DNA of 64,000 nt from Candidatus Beckwithbacteria bacterium (GCA_012797845.1 JAAZOH010000025.1:3767-67766); one strand, 5' to 3'. Positions 46,371 through 56,902 are shown, counted from the stretch's first letter. Notes: generated by a model from the letters alone, not told the origin. A program made the numbers and translations.

Positions 46371-47380
46371 AACAAATAGCTAAACACAGTAAAAGCGAAG
46401 CCATTAACATCCTGACAAGTCTATTGATTTTTTGTGTTTTATTTCTTCATCGCGGTTTTTACACCATGAAATTTATTAGTGTTTCAAATTTTGGTTTTAA
46501 TGCTCTGGCTTACTTTGCAGTAGGTGGTTTTATTTTTCTTTCCGGCTATAAGCTCACTAAATCAAAGCTGCAGAACTCTTTTACTGCCTTTTGGAAAAAC
46601 CGCTTTACCAGAATTTATCCTTTATATCTTTTAGCTATTATTAGTTATGTTTTAATCATTTATTCAACAGCTTCATGGCAAGAAATAGTCAAACACTTGC
46701 TGCTAATTCAAATTTTTATTCCTCATCTTCTGGGTCAAAATTTTCTGACACTCTATTTTGTGGGTCTTATTTTTGCTTATTATTTGTTTTTTAGCCTGAC
46801 CAAATCGTTGCTTAAAAAACCACTGTTGTTTTTACTGGCCTATGGAATTGCTATGACAAGCATTGTGGGCGCAGCTTTTCTGACCCGTAATTCTTGGCAG
46901 CTTATTGAACCACGCCTTATCTTATATTTGACCATGTTTGCTGGCAGTATGCTTTTTGCTTATTATGAGGAATTTTTACCAAAAGCTAAACCGTTTATTA
47001 TCGCTCTTAGCTTTATAATTCCCATACTGTGTTTGCTTTTACTCAAACACCATAGCTTACTGGAACCAGCTCATTTTTTTGCCAAACCTGGGTTTATTAC
47101 TCTTATAATTGCTCCAATTTTTATAAGTTTTTATTATGGTTTTATCAATTTACCTTTCAAAAAAAATAGGCTAACTCAAGCAGCGGCTTACATTTCTCAA
47201 GCTTCATTTGCTATGTTTTTGTTTCACCGCCCTATTTGGGAACTCATGAAAAAAATCTACCCAACTTACTGTTTTACCCAATGGCTCTTTATTCTTGGCT
47301 TGGGAATCCCGCTTATCATCATAGTTTCGGCTCAAATCCAAAATAGTTACACCAAACTTCTTGGTAAATTGCAACAATAG
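46367..47380 (+). CDS. Membrane acyltransferase family 3 (O-acetyltransferase, OatA/WecH-like)
   Basis: 10-TM protein with the N-terminal pattern FYTMKFISVSNFGFNALAYFAVGGFIFLSGY typical of Acyl_transf_3. Confidence 0.55.
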   Translation: MKQIAKHSKSEAINILTSLLIFCVLFLHRGFYTMKFISVSNFGFNALAYFAVGGFIFLSGYKLTKSKLQNSFTAFWKNRFTRIYPLYLLAIISYVLIIYSTASWQEIVKHLLLIQIFIPHLLGQNFLTLYFVGLIFAYYLFFSLTKSLLKKPLLFLLAYGIAMTSIVGAAFLTRNSWQLIEPRLILYLTMFAGSMLFAYYEEFLPKAKPFIIALSFIIPILCLLLLKHHSLLEPAHFFAKPGFITLIIAPIFISFYYGFINLPFKKNRLTQAAAYISQASFAMFLFHRPIWELMKKIYPTYCFTQWLFILGLGIPLIIIVSAQIQNSYTKLLGKLQQ

Positions 47381-47444
47381 CATTGCGATTTTGTAAAATA
47401 ATAAGTTGATTAATTAGACTAGCTACGCTAGTATGTAAGCCTGT

Positions 47445-48383
47445 ATGAAAGATAATTTTTGGCAAAATAAAAGAGTTTTAATTACCGGTGCTCACGGCTT
47501 TTTAGGTAGCCACTTAGTAAGGCAGCTGAAAAAACTAAAACCTAGGCAGTTGCGAATTCCTACTTCTAAAGAACTGGATCTGACTCAAAATCAAAATTGT
47601 ATCAAGGCCGTTGAAAACATTGATCTAGTCATTCATTTAGCAGCCAAGGTTGGCGGCATTGGTTTTAACCAACAATATCCTGGAACTTTGTTTTATGACA
47701 ATTTGGTGATGGGTGCTCATTTGATGGAAGCAGCCCGAAAAGCTGGGGTCAAAAAATTTGTGGCCCTTGGTACCATTTGCGCGTATCCAAAATTTACACC
47801 AATTCCTTTTAAAGAGGAAAATTTGTGGAATGGCTATCCTGAAGAAACCAATGCTCCCTATGGTTTGGCTAAAAAAATGCTGTTAGTTCAAGCTCAGGCC
47901 TATCGTCAACAATACAGCTTTAATGCTATTTTCTTATTACCCGTTAATTTGTATGGCCCTGGTGATAATTTTGATCCCAAATCTTCCCATGTCATTCCAG
48001 CTCTTATAAAAAAATTTATTGATGCTAAAGAAAGTGGCAAAAAAACTGTGACTATTTGGGGAACTGGTAACCCTACTCGGGAATTTTTGTATGTTGAAGA
48101 CGCTGCTAAAGGGATTATTTTGGCCAGTGAAAAATACAACAAAGCTGATCCGGTCAATCTAGGAAGCAGTAATGAGATTTCTATCAGAGCGTTGGTTGAA
48201 CTCATTCAGGAACTAACAGAGTTTAAAGGCCAAATTATTTGGGATAAGACAAAGCCAGACGGTCAGCCTAGACGTAAACTGGATATTTCAAAAGCCAAAA
48301 CTGAGTTTGGCTTTGAGGCTTCTACTGATTTTAAAAAGGGACTTAAAAAAACTATTGAATGGTATCAAAAATATGGTAGATAA
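47445..48383 (+). CDS. fcl: GDP-L-fucose synthase (GDP-4-keto-6-deoxy-D-mannose 3,5-epimerase/4-reductase)
   Basis: [63 protein letters not shown]. Matches E. coli Fcl closely over its length. Confidence 0.8.
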   Translation: MKDNFWQNKRVLITGAHGFLGSHLVRQLKKLKPRQLRIPTSKELDLTQNQNCIKAVENIDLVIHLAAKVGGIGFNQQYPGTLFYDNLVMGAHLMEAARKAGVKKFVALGTICAYPKFTPIPFKEENLWNGYPEETNAPYGLAKKMLLVQAQAYRQQYSFNAIFLLPVNLYGPGDNFDPKSSHVIPALIKKFIDAKESGKKTVTIWGTGNPTREFLYVEDAAKGIILASEKYNKADPVNLGSSNEISIRALVELIQELTEFKGQIIWDKTKPDGQPRRKLDISKAKTEFGFEASTDFKKGLKKTIEWYQKYGR

Positions 48384-49191
48384 AATTACAATAATTAAAC
48401 CTCAACAAGGTTTTATTTCTATAAATTTCAAAGAGCTTTGGAGATATCGGGAACTACTATTAGCCCTAATGATAAGAGACATTAAGGTGCGATATAAACA
48501 AACATACTTAGGGATAGCTTGGGCCATCATGCAACCATTTACTCAGATGGTTGTGTTTAGCTTCTTTTTTGGTAAACTGGCAAAAATTCCTTCGGATGGA
48601 GTTCCTTATCCCATCTTCTCGTATTCTGGATTAATCCTTTGGACTTTTTTTAGCAATAGCATTAGTGCAGTTAGCAATAGCATGATAAACAGCTCTACTA
48701 TTATTAAAAAAGTATATTTTCCTAGGCTTATTTCTCCCATAGCTAGTTCTTTGGTTTATATAGTTGACTATATTATTGCTTTTACTATTTTGATCGGTTT
48801 AATATTTTTTTATAATTTCCCTTTACGCTTAGAATTTTTATTAATTCCCATGGTAGTATTTGGTACTTGGTTACTAAGCATTGGTGTTGGTTGTTTTCTA
48901 GCATCAATAAACATTCGTTATAGAGATGTTCGTTATGCTTTGCCGTTTTTTATTCAACTTCTTTTATACATTACGCCTGTCATTTACCCTGCATCAGTAG
49001 CTGGGCAATTTGAATGGATCGTCAATATAAATCCAATGACTGGATTTATGGAGCTTCATCGTTCTCTAATTTTGGGATTACCCATTAAAATCAATCAAAT
49101 TATAATTTCACTTATAATTACAATAGTCTTTTTAGTAATTGGATTACTGACATTCAAAAAAATGGAAAAAAACATTGTTGATATTGTTTAA
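48373..49191 (+). CDS. wzm: ABC-2 type polysaccharide export permease (Wzm/TagG/KpsM-like)
   Basis: 6-TM ABC-2 permease pattern ([26 protein letters not shown]). Start moved to the ATG at 48373 (MVDKIT), which overlaps the fcl stop. Confidence 0.7.
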   Translation: MVDKITIIKPQQGFISINFKELWRYRELLLALMIRDIKVRYKQTYLGIAWAIMQPFTQMVVFSFFFGKLAKIPSDGVPYPIFSYSGLILWTFFSNSISAVSNSMINSSTIIKKVYFPRLISPIASSLVYIVDYIIAFTILIGLIFFYNFPLRLEFLLIPMVVFGTWLLSIGVGCFLASINIRYRDVRYALPFFIQLLLYITPVIYPASVAGQFEWIVNINPMTGFMELHRSLILGLPIKINQIIISLIITIVFLVIGLLTFKKMEKNIVDIV

Positions 49192-49193
49192 TT

Positions 49194-50435
49194 ATGAAGA
49201 AGGATTTAGCAATTCAAGTTAGCCAATTAAGCAAAAAGTATTTAATTGATACTTTTCATCATTCGCCTCCTGTTCCCCAAAATACATTATCTATTTTAAA
49301 AACCAATCTTTTTAATAAAAACAAAACTGAGATTTTTTGGGCTTTAAAAAATATTAATTTTAAGATTAAAAAAGGTGAAATTGTTGGTATTGTGGGTGCT
49401 AATGGAGCTGGAAAATCTACGCTTTTAAAGATTTTATCCCAAATAGTGGAGCCTACTTCAGGTGAAGTGAAACTTAGAGGTAAAATTTCTTCCTTGTTAG
49501 AGGTTGGCACTGGATTTAACCCTGAATTAACCGGAAGAGAAAACATATATCTAAATGGTGCCATTTTAGGCATGAGCCGCAAAGAAATTGAGAGAAAGTT
49601 CGATAACATAATTGACTTTAGTGGTGTAAAAAAATTTTTAGATGTGCCGATCAAAAGATATTCATCTGGAATGCAAGTAAGATTAGCTTTTTCTGTAGCA
49701 GCCCACCTTGATTCAGATATTTTACTTATTGATGAAGTGCTTGCAGTCGGAGATGTGGAATTTCAAAAAAAATGTTTAGGAAAAATTGATGATATTTCTA
49801 AAAACGAAAGTCGAACAGTTTTGTTTGTTAGTCACAATATTGGCATAGTTAAAAGATTATGCAATCGAATCATCTTACTAGAAAATGGAAAAGTAAAACT
49901 TGATGGCTCAAGCGACGACGCTATTGAGGAGTATTTCAAAGTAGATCATACTCCCACTGAAGGCAAGATTAATTTAAGTAGCGTTCCTAGAAGAGACAAT
50001 CTGGTAAAAGCTATTACTTCATGTTGGTTTCAGTCTCTTGAAGGGAAAAGTAAAACTGTTTTTGCCATGGGTAAGCCAATGCAGATTTGCTATCATTTCA
50101 AATTAAATAAATCATATCCTGATCTTAATTTTACCTGTATGATTTTTAATATATACGGGGATAGAGTAACTACTTTATCAACCTTTCTTAATCAAAATAA
50201 GGTTTACAACAATATTAAAGAAGGAACAGTAATATTTAACGTCCCTTGTTTGCGATTAACTCCTGGTGCTTACAAAATAAGTTTATACCTTTTAGACAAA
50301 ATTGGTAACTCTATAGATCGTACAGAAATGGCAGCAGAATTTAAAGTGATGCCAAACAATATCTTTTCATCTATATATACGTTTTCATCTGGTCATGGTT
50401 TTCTTTACTTAGATGCTACAATCGATGTGGTATGA
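49194..50435 (+). CDS. wzt: ABC transporter ATP-binding protein Wzt with a C-terminal carbohydrate-binding extension
   Basis: Walker A GANGAGKST, signature SSGMQVRLAF, Walker B ILLIDE. About 170 extra C-terminal residues are predicted beta-rich, as in Wzt proteins that recognise a terminal glycan cap. Confidence 0.75.
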   Translation: MKKDLAIQVSQLSKKYLIDTFHHSPPVPQNTLSILKTNLFNKNKTEIFWALKNINFKIKKGEIVGIVGANGAGKSTLLKILSQIVEPTSGEVKLRGKISSLLEVGTGFNPELTGRENIYLNGAILGMSRKEIERKFDNIIDFSGVKKFLDVPIKRYSSGMQVRLAFSVAAHLDSDILLIDEVLAVGDVEFQKKCLGKIDDISKNESRTVLFVSHNIGIVKRLCNRIILLENGKVKLDGSSDDAIEEYFKVDHTPTEGKINLSSVPRRDNLVKAITSCWFQSLEGKSKTVFAMGKPMQICYHFKLNKSYPDLNFTCMIFNIYGDRVTTLSTFLNQNKVYNNIKEGTVIFNVPCLRLTPGAYKISLYLLDKIGNSIDRTEMAAEFKVMPNNIFSSIYTFSSGHGFLYLDATIDVV

Positions 50436-51529
50436 ATGATACTCATTTAAAATCAATTTTAATCACTGGTGGTACCGGCACCTTTGGCAGATCTTTTGCT
50501 AAAACTGTTTTAGAAAACTATCCCCATATAGAGAAAGTGGTTATCTTTTCCAGAGATGAGTTTAAACAGTTTGAAATGTCAAATCTAGACTGGTGCCAAA
50601 AACATCAAAAACGCTTACGTTTCTTTGTCGGCGACGTTCGTGATAAAGACAGGCTTTTGCGAGCTTTTTCTGGAATTGATGTGGTGGTTCATGCCGCTGC
50701 TCTAAAACAAATCCCTAGCTGTGAATATAATCCATTTGAAGCCATTAAAACTAATGTTTGGGGAGCGCAAAATGTTATCGAAGCCGCATTGGATTGCAAA
50801 GTCAAAAGAGTGGTTGCTCTTAGTACAGATAAAGCCTGTTCACCTATCAACCTTTATGGTGCCACCAAACTATGTAGCGATAAGCTCTTTATTTCAGCTA
50901 ATTCTTATGCAGGTTTACAAGACACAAGATTTGCTGTGGTTCGCTATGGCAATGTAACTGGTAGCCGTGGCTCTCTAATTCCCTTTTTCCAAAAACTTGT
51001 TGAAGCTAAAGCTGACTCTATGCCTATTACCGATGAGCGGATGACCCGTTTTTGGCTCAATATCCATGAAGCGGTAGATTTGGTCTTACTGGCACTAAAC
51101 AATACCTTAGGTGGTGAAATTTTTGTACCTAAAATTCCTTCAGTAAAGATTACTGACATTGCCAAAGCCATTGCTCCTCATATACCCATAAAAATAATTG
51201 GCATTAGACCTGGCGAGAAAATCCATGAAAAGATGATTAGTATTGATGATGCCCGCAATACCATCGAGTTTGACAACTATTTTGTGATTCAACCTGATTT
51301 AAATTTATCTTGGGCTAAAAGAACTAAAGCTGGGCTAAAAGGAACAAAAGTATCACCCGATTTTGAATACCATAGTGGTAATAATACCGACTGGCTAAAT
51401 GTAGATCAAGTCAGAAAATTGATAAAAAAACTAAACCCCGAAAACGCTAATTCTAACAGAAATTTAAACGATAAAGTTACAATGAATAATCCCCAAAACG
51501 TAACTATCAATATTTACGAGTCAAAATAA
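50432..51529 (+). CDS. pseB: UDP-N-acetylglucosamine 4,6-dehydratase (inverting), PseB/FlaA1-like
   Basis: Strong similarity to Cj1293/HP0840 over its length: ILITGGTGTFG, FFVGDVRDKDRL, HAAALKQIP, NPFEAIKTNVWGAQNV, LSTDKACSPINLYGATKL, RYGNVTGSRGSLIPFF, PITDERMTRFW. Confidence 0.85.
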   Translation: MNDTHLKSILITGGTGTFGRSFAKTVLENYPHIEKVVIFSRDEFKQFEMSNLDWCQKHQKRLRFFVGDVRDKDRLLRAFSGIDVVVHAAALKQIPSCEYNPFEAIKTNVWGAQNVIEAALDCKVKRVVALSTDKACSPINLYGATKLCSDKLFISANSYAGLQDTRFAVVRYGNVTGSRGSLIPFFQKLVEAKADSMPITDERMTRFWLNIHEAVDLVLLALNNTLGGEIFVPKIPSVKITDIAKAIAPHIPIKIIGIRPGEKIHEKMISIDDARNTIEFDNYFVIQPDLNLSWAKRTKAGLKGTKVSPDFEYHSGNNTDWLNVDQVRKLIKKLNPENANSNRNLNDKVTMNNPQNVTINIYESK

Positions 51530-51554
51530 AAAATAAAAAATGAAAAGTTGAAGT

Positions 51555-52412
51555 TTAAGCTAACTCTTCTAAAGCTTTGTTAATTATAATAGAATGTGTT
51601 TCCGCTCCAGATAAAATCTCTCCTTTGTCATTGAAACACAATTGCTTAGCTACTTCATATTGTTTACGAGCTTCTTCAGCATTTCCTTGAGCTCCCGCAA
51701 TTCTACCAAGAGATATGTGAGCATTTCGTTGATTATGAACATCTCCAATTTTTTCAAATCCTCCCAGTGCCTTCACTTGATATCCAGTAGCCTGATCATA
51801 ACCTTCAAGTTTTTCATAAGCTACTCCAAGTAGCTGTAGCGTCCTGTTATAGATTGCTTTATTTACCTCATTATCTGGATCTTGCTCAAGGACTGTCTGT
51901 CCATTTTCTAAACCTTTTTTATAGTACTTAATAGCATCTTCAATTCCTACGTCCTCTTGAACCCAAAGGCCAATCTCATTAAAGGCTTTGCTTATTTCGA
52001 TACAGGGTTCAGGAGAAGTAGCTAAAATTTTTTCTATTTCATCAGCCATCCTACGAGATCCAACTATATCTTTGCTAAAGGGATGTGATTTTTGAGGTCT
52101 ATCGCCAGTTCTAAAGAGGTAAAGTAGCCCAGCTTTAGCATTTAATAAAGCTGGAATATTACCTGTTTTTGCAGCATTGTATTCTGCAGCTGCTAGTACC
52201 ATTTCTGCTTCCGCATAATTGGCTTGCATGGTTAGAGCCAATCCTCGTTCTAACATAGGGTAAGGATTACCTACTGAATCATGGGAATAGCATGGAGGAG
52301 TAGAGCTCAAAACTTCTTCATACGCCCCGACTCGATTTAAGCCTGCAAGCTCTGCAATATAGTGGTCTAAAGTAAAGTTTTCTGGAGTAGAAAAAAGTTC
52401 CTTTTTTCCCAT
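51555..52412 (-). CDS. Hypothetical soluble protein (285 aa, helical/TPR-like by composition)
   Basis: The only minus-strand gene in the plus block. Inserted between pseB and pseC, it ends convergently 25 bp from pseB. No family recognised. Confidence 0.35.
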   Translation of the reverse strand: MGKKELFSTPENFTLDHYIAELAGLNRVGAYEEVLSSTPPCYSHDSVGNPYPMLERGLALTMQANYAEAEMVLAAAEYNAAKTGNIPALLNAKAGLLYLFRTGDRPQKSHPFSKDIVGSRRMADEIEKILATSPEPCIEISKAFNEIGLWVQEDVGIEDAIKYYKKGLENGQTVLEQDPDNEVNKAIYNRTLQLLGVAYEKLEGYDQATGYQVKALGGFEKIGDVHNQRNAHISLGRIAGAQGNAEEARKQYEVAKQLCFNDKGEILSGAETHSIIINKALEELA

Positions 52413-52453
52413 ATTACTCTGAATTATAAAATAATTTACAAGAAAAGCAATTT

Positions 52454-53632
52454 TTGAAATATGATATGATCTACCTTGATCATATGAGCCAAAATAAATT
52501 TTCTTACGGTCGACAATCTATTTCCCAGAAAGACATAACTGCAGTTACCAAAGTTTTACAATCAAACTTTCTTACTCAGGGCCCAAGCATTAAAGAGTTT
52601 GAAGAAAAATTTGCCAGTTATTGTGAGACCAGATATGCAGTAGCAGTCTGCAATGGCACTGCTGCTCTTCACCTTGCAGTACTAGCCCTTGAGCTTGATT
52701 CCAGCTCAGAAGCTATCACTTCCCCCATGTCCTTTGCTGCTTCAGCTAATTGCGTTTTGTATGCAAGAGCCAAAATTAACTTTGCTGATATCGATCCATA
52801 CACTGGACTTATAGACCCAGCTGAATTAGCTAAAAAAGTAACCCCCAAAACTAAACTGTTGATTCCGGTCCACTATGCTGGCCAAGCTTGCAATATGGCT
52901 GCAATTGCCAAGCTAGCTAAAAAATACAAGCTCTACATTATTGAAGATGCAGCCCATGCTATTGGCAGCTCATACAAAAATAGGAAGATCGGCTCTTGCC
53001 AGTACAGTGACATGACTACCTTTTCTTTCCATCCCGTTAAAACTATTACTTCAGGTGAGGGCGGCATGATCACCACCAATAATAAAAAACTTTATGAAAA
53101 ACTGCTGATGCTCCGTACTCATGGCATTACCAAGCAAAATTTTGTCAGCAAACCAGATGGGAATTGGTACTACGAAATGCAAGCTTTGGGCTACAATTAC
53201 CGGCTAACCGATATTCAGGCTACTCTCGGACTTTCACAGCTGAGCCAAATCGAGAAGTTTAAAAAAAAGAGGTCAAAATTGGTAAACTTTTACGATAAAG
53301 CCTTTGCAAACGATCCCTGCTTTAAGGTTCTGGGCAAAGCTGCTAATTCTGATACTTGCTATCATCTTTACCCACTACTATTTCAATTTGATAAACTAAA
53401 AATTACAAAGCAACAGCTCTTTAAAGCTTTGCAAAAGAAGGGCTTATTTCTCCAGGTTCACTACATTCCCATCCATCTCCAACCCTACTACCAAAACTTA
53501 GGCTTTAAAAAAGGTGATTTCCCCAATGCTGAGCAATTTTATCAGCAAGAGTTGTCATTACCTCTATATGTTGACCTGACTATTCCTCAAGCCAAACAAG
53601 TTGTCAAAATTATTAAAGAACTAGCTCAATAA
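52454..53632 (+). CDS. pseC: PLP-dependent DegT/DnrJ/EryC1-family sugar aminotransferase, PseC-like
   Basis: About 390 aa with VCNGTAALHLAVLAL and the active-site lysine region FSFHPVKTITSGEGGMI. Position is directly after pseB. Confidence 0.7.
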   Translation: MKYDMIYLDHMSQNKFSYGRQSISQKDITAVTKVLQSNFLTQGPSIKEFEEKFASYCETRYAVAVCNGTAALHLAVLALELDSSSEAITSPMSFAASANCVLYARAKINFADIDPYTGLIDPAELAKKVTPKTKLLIPVHYAGQACNMAAIAKLAKKYKLYIIEDAAHAIGSSYKNRKIGSCQYSDMTTFSFHPVKTITSGEGGMITTNNKKLYEKLLMLRTHGITKQNFVSKPDGNWYYEMQALGYNYRLTDIQATLGLSQLSQIEKFKKKRSKLVNFYDKAFANDPCFKVLGKAANSDTCYHLYPLLFQFDKLKITKQQLFKALQKKGLFLQVHYIPIHLQPYYQNLGFKKGDFPNAEQFYQQELSLPLYVDLTIPQAKQVVKIIKELAQ

Positions 53633-53634
53633 CC

Positions 53635-54408
53635 ATGCACCAGATTGGCTTAAAACTTTGGTCAACCAATGACTTTTATGTAGAGGAGGCACAAAAACTT
53701 TTTAGCAAAAAAGTTTATAACTATATTGAGCTCTATACAGTCCCCGACTCATACGCCAAATTTTATCGAATCTGGCGAAACTTAAATATTCCCTATATCA
53801 TTCATGCTCCTCATTTTACCCATGGAGTTAATTTGGCCTCGAAGATAAACTTTAAAAAAAATATTGAGCTAATAGAAGAGGCTCAGCGTTTTGCCGATAC
53901 CCTAAAGGCAAAATATATCATTGTGCATCCGGGATGTAATGGCGATATCAAAGAAACTGCAAGGCAGCTAGGACAAATTGATGATTCAAGAATTCTAGTA
54001 GAAAATATGCCCTATTTAGGAATCGAAGACGGTATTATCTGTAACGGAAGTACCTATAATGAACTACAGTATGTTCTAAGTCATACTAACAAAGGCTTTT
54101 GTCTGGATATTCATCATGCCTTTAGTTCATCAGCCTATCATAAAATTGATCCCATTTCTTTTGTAAAAAAGTTATTAACGTTAAGACCAAGCATGTTTCA
54201 TTTGGCTGATAGCAAAACGACATATGTTAGAGATAAACATTTAAATATTGGCAAGGGCAATTTGCCAATTAAAGATATAATTAAACTAATACCAAACAAT
54301 AGCTTTATAAGCTTAGAAACAAAAAAGCAAACCATACAAAATCTTAATGTTTTTATTGAAGATGTTTCAATCATCAAAGAACTAGAAAATTATGATCAAA
54401 ATAAATAA
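53635..54408 (+). CDS. Sugar-phosphate isomerase/epimerase-like TIM-barrel protein (xylose isomerase-like fold)
   Basis: HAPHF...IIVHPG...CLDIHHAF...HLAD pattern of AP-endonuclease-2/xylose-isomerase-like TIM barrels. The assignment is weaker than for neighbouring genes. Confidence 0.4.
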   Translation: MHQIGLKLWSTNDFYVEEAQKLFSKKVYNYIELYTVPDSYAKFYRIWRNLNIPYIIHAPHFTHGVNLASKINFKKNIELIEEAQRFADTLKAKYIIVHPGCNGDIKETARQLGQIDDSRILVENMPYLGIEDGIICNGSTYNELQYVLSHTNKGFCLDIHHAFSSSAYHKIDPISFVKKLLTLRPSMFHLADSKTTYVRDKHLNIGKGNLPIKDIIKLIPNNSFISLETKKQTIQNLNVFIEDVSIIKELENYDQNK

Positions 54409-55438
54409 TCGCAAAATTGGAACTGACTACCCTCCTTATATCATCGCCGACCTTTCTGCAAACCATAATCAATCTTTAGATCGGGCATTAGAGATTGTGG
54501 AAAAAAGTCACGAAGCTGGTATTGATGCTTTAAAACTTCAAACATACACTGCCAGTTGTATGACACTAAATGTCAAAAAACCAAATTTTAAAATTTCAAA
54601 CAAAACCAAATTATGGAAAGGTGAATACCTCTACTCCTTATATAAAAAAGCTCCTATTCCATGGGAGTGGCATAAACCAATTATGCAAAAATGTAAAAAA
54701 TTAGGCCTTACTTGCTTTAGTACTCCGTTCAGTGAAAAAGGAGTAGATTTTTTAGAAAACTTGGATGTTCCATGTTATAAGGTTGCGTCTTTTGAAAATA
54801 TCCATATACCTCTACTGAAGAAAATTGCTAAAACAAAAAAGCCAGTTATTATATCTACAGGCATGGCTAATGTAACTGAACTGGGCGAAGCTATACAAAC
54901 GCTTAGGGAAAACGGATGCAGAGATGTAATACTTTTAAAATGTACAAGCACTTACCCTGCTGATGAAAGCGAATCAAACCTTAGAACTATTCCTCATATG
55001 AAAGACTTATTTAGCTGTGAGGTAGGGCTTTCAGATCACACCTTAGGTATTGGCGTTCCTTTGGCTAGTGTGGCTCTAGGTGCAACTGTAATTGAAAAGC
55101 ATATTACCTTGAGAAGAAAGGATGGTGGTTTCGACTCTACTTTTTCCCTAGAGCCAAAAGAAATGAAAAGCTTAGTCATTGAAAGTAGACGGGCTTGGAA
55201 AGCTTTGGGAAAAATCAGCTATGAATCGACAAAAAAAGAACAAGCTAGTTTACAATTCAAAAGATCAATTTATATAGCAAAAGATATGAGAAAAGGTGAA
55301 CAATTTACAAAGAAAAGTCTAAAAGTAATTCGTCCAGGATTTGGTCTAGCACCAAAATATTATGAACATGTTCTAGGTAAAAAAATTTCAAGAAATGTAT
55401 CAAAGGGGACACCTTTAAAATGGGAATATGTAAATTGA
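54392..55438 (+). CDS. pseI: Nonulosonic acid synthase (NeuB family; pseudaminic acid synthase PseI-like) with a C-terminal SAF domain
   Basis: YIIADLSANHNQSL (family IAEIGxNHNG), LKLQTY, and the C-terminal SAF segment KGEQFTKKSLKVIRPGFGL. Confidence 0.75.
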   Translation: MIKINNRKIGTDYPPYIIADLSANHNQSLDRALEIVEKSHEAGIDALKLQTYTASCMTLNVKKPNFKISNKTKLWKGEYLYSLYKKAPIPWEWHKPIMQKCKKLGLTCFSTPFSEKGVDFLENLDVPCYKVASFENIHIPLLKKIAKTKKPVIISTGMANVTELGEAIQTLRENGCRDVILLKCTSTYPADESESNLRTIPHMKDLFSCEVGLSDHTLGIGVPLASVALGATVIEKHITLRRKDGGFDSTFSLEPKEMKSLVIESRRAWKALGKISYESTKKEQASLQFKRSIYIAKDMRKGEQFTKKSLKVIRPGFGLAPKYYEHVLGKKISRNVSKGTPLKWEYVN

Positions 55439-55447
55439 TTAAAATTT

Positions 55448-56356
55448 ATGAATAAACAGAACTTAAACCAAATCAAGAAAATTTACGATCAAGGAGGTAA
55501 TATTATACAGTTTCTAAAAAAAGGAAATTCTTCTCAAGCTAATTCAGATGAAATGGTTTTAATTAGCTATGACTTTCAAAGTGGTTCTTACATAAAATAT
55601 GTACAAAGTAATCCAAAAGAGAAAGACCTCTATACAAAATCAATCGCAGCTGTAATTAACAATCTAAATGTAAAGTACGATTCAATTCTTGAAGCAGGAG
55701 TTGGTGAAGCAACTACTTTAGCAAGTCTTCTGCCTAAATTGAAAGCTAAACCCAAAGACACATATGGCTTTGATATTTCATGGTCAAGAATTAAATATGG
55801 TCAAGAGTATTTGAAAAAGAAAAGATTGTCGAAAGTGTTTTTGTTTGTAGGAGATCTATTCAATATACCAATTGCAGATAATGCAATAGATATTGTCTAT
55901 ACATCTCATTCTATCGAGCCTAATGGAGGCAAGGAAAAAGAAGCCTTAAAAGAACTGTATCGCATTACCAATAAATACCTAATTCTTTTAGAACCTGCCT
56001 ATGAACTTGCAGATAAAAAAGCTAGAGAAAGAATGGAACACCATGGTTATATTAAAAATCTATATTCAACTGCTAAATCCTTGAAATATAATGTTTTAGA
56101 CTACAAGCTATTTGATTACTATATAAACCCTCTTAATCCAACTGGTTTAATGATTATTAAAAAATCTCTACAAAATAAATTAACTAATAGTAAACCATTG
56201 CTCTGTCCTATAAGCAAAACTCCTCTGAGTTTTATAAGAGGTTCTTATTTTTCTAAAAAAGGTCTACTTGCTTACCCTATAATCGATAAGGTTCCTTGTT
56301 TGCTAAACGAAAACGCTGTTATAGCTACTCATTACCTGGACAGATTTACAAAGTAA
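55448..56356 (+). CDS. Probable SAM-dependent methyltransferase
   Basis: ILEAGVGEATTL glycine-rich motif I-like segment, and acidic motif II VFLFVGDLFNIP. Confidence 0.4.
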   Translation: MNKQNLNQIKKIYDQGGNIIQFLKKGNSSQANSDEMVLISYDFQSGSYIKYVQSNPKEKDLYTKSIAAVINNLNVKYDSILEAGVGEATTLASLLPKLKAKPKDTYGFDISWSRIKYGQEYLKKKRLSKVFLFVGDLFNIPIADNAIDIVYTSHSIEPNGGKEKEALKELYRITNKYLILLEPAYELADKKARERMEHHGYIKNLYSTAKSLKYNVLDYKLFDYYINPLNPTGLMIIKKSLQNKLTNSKPLLCPISKTPLSFIRGSYFSKKGLLAYPIIDKVPCLLNENAVIATHYLDRFTK

Positions 56357-56374
56357 TTAGAAAATTTATATTGC

Positions 56375-56902
56375 ATGAAAAAAGTAATTTTTTATGAACA
56401 ATTAGAGTTAAAAAGCTTTGTTGTTTTGACTAAAAATGAAAAACAATTAGTCTATCAATGGAGAAATAACCAAAAAATAAGTAAGTGGATGATTAATCAA
56501 AATAAATTTTCCTATACAGAACATCTTCGATTTATAAAAAAATTAGCAAAGGATAATAATAATTTTCACTGGCTTGTCCAAAACAAAATAGATAAAGAAT
56601 ATCTTGGAGTATGCAATTTAGTTAATATAGATAAAAAACATAAACATTGTTACTTGGGAATATACGTAAATCCTAGTTTGCAAAATAAAGGATATGGAAC
56701 TGACATTCTAAAAGTCTTAAAGCACATTGCTTACAATCTACTTAACATACATACCATAAAATTAGAAGTTTTTGAGCACAATAGCAGAGCCATTAATTTT
56801 TATAAAAAAAATGGTTTCAAAAAAGAAGGTTTACTTAAAGATTACATTTTGATAAACAATAAGTGGCACAACCTTCTTCTCATGGGCCATTTCCCCAAAT
56901 AG
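56375..56902 (+). CDS. pseH: GNAT N-acetyltransferase PseH-like (UDP-4-amino-4,6-dideoxy-AltNAc N-acetyltransferase)
   Basis: Aligns by eye to C. jejuni PseH: QWRNNQKISKWM...EHLRFIKKL versus KWRNHPDINQFM...EHLRFLKKL, and a GNAT core. Confidence 0.7.
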   Translation: MKKVIFYEQLELKSFVVLTKNEKQLVYQWRNNQKISKWMINQNKFSYTEHLRFIKKLAKDNNNFHWLVQNKIDKEYLGVCNLVNIDKKHKHCYLGIYVNPSLQNKGYGTDILKVLKHIAYNLLNIHTIKLEVFEHNSRAINFYKKNGFKKEGLLKDYILINNKWHNLLLMGHFPK

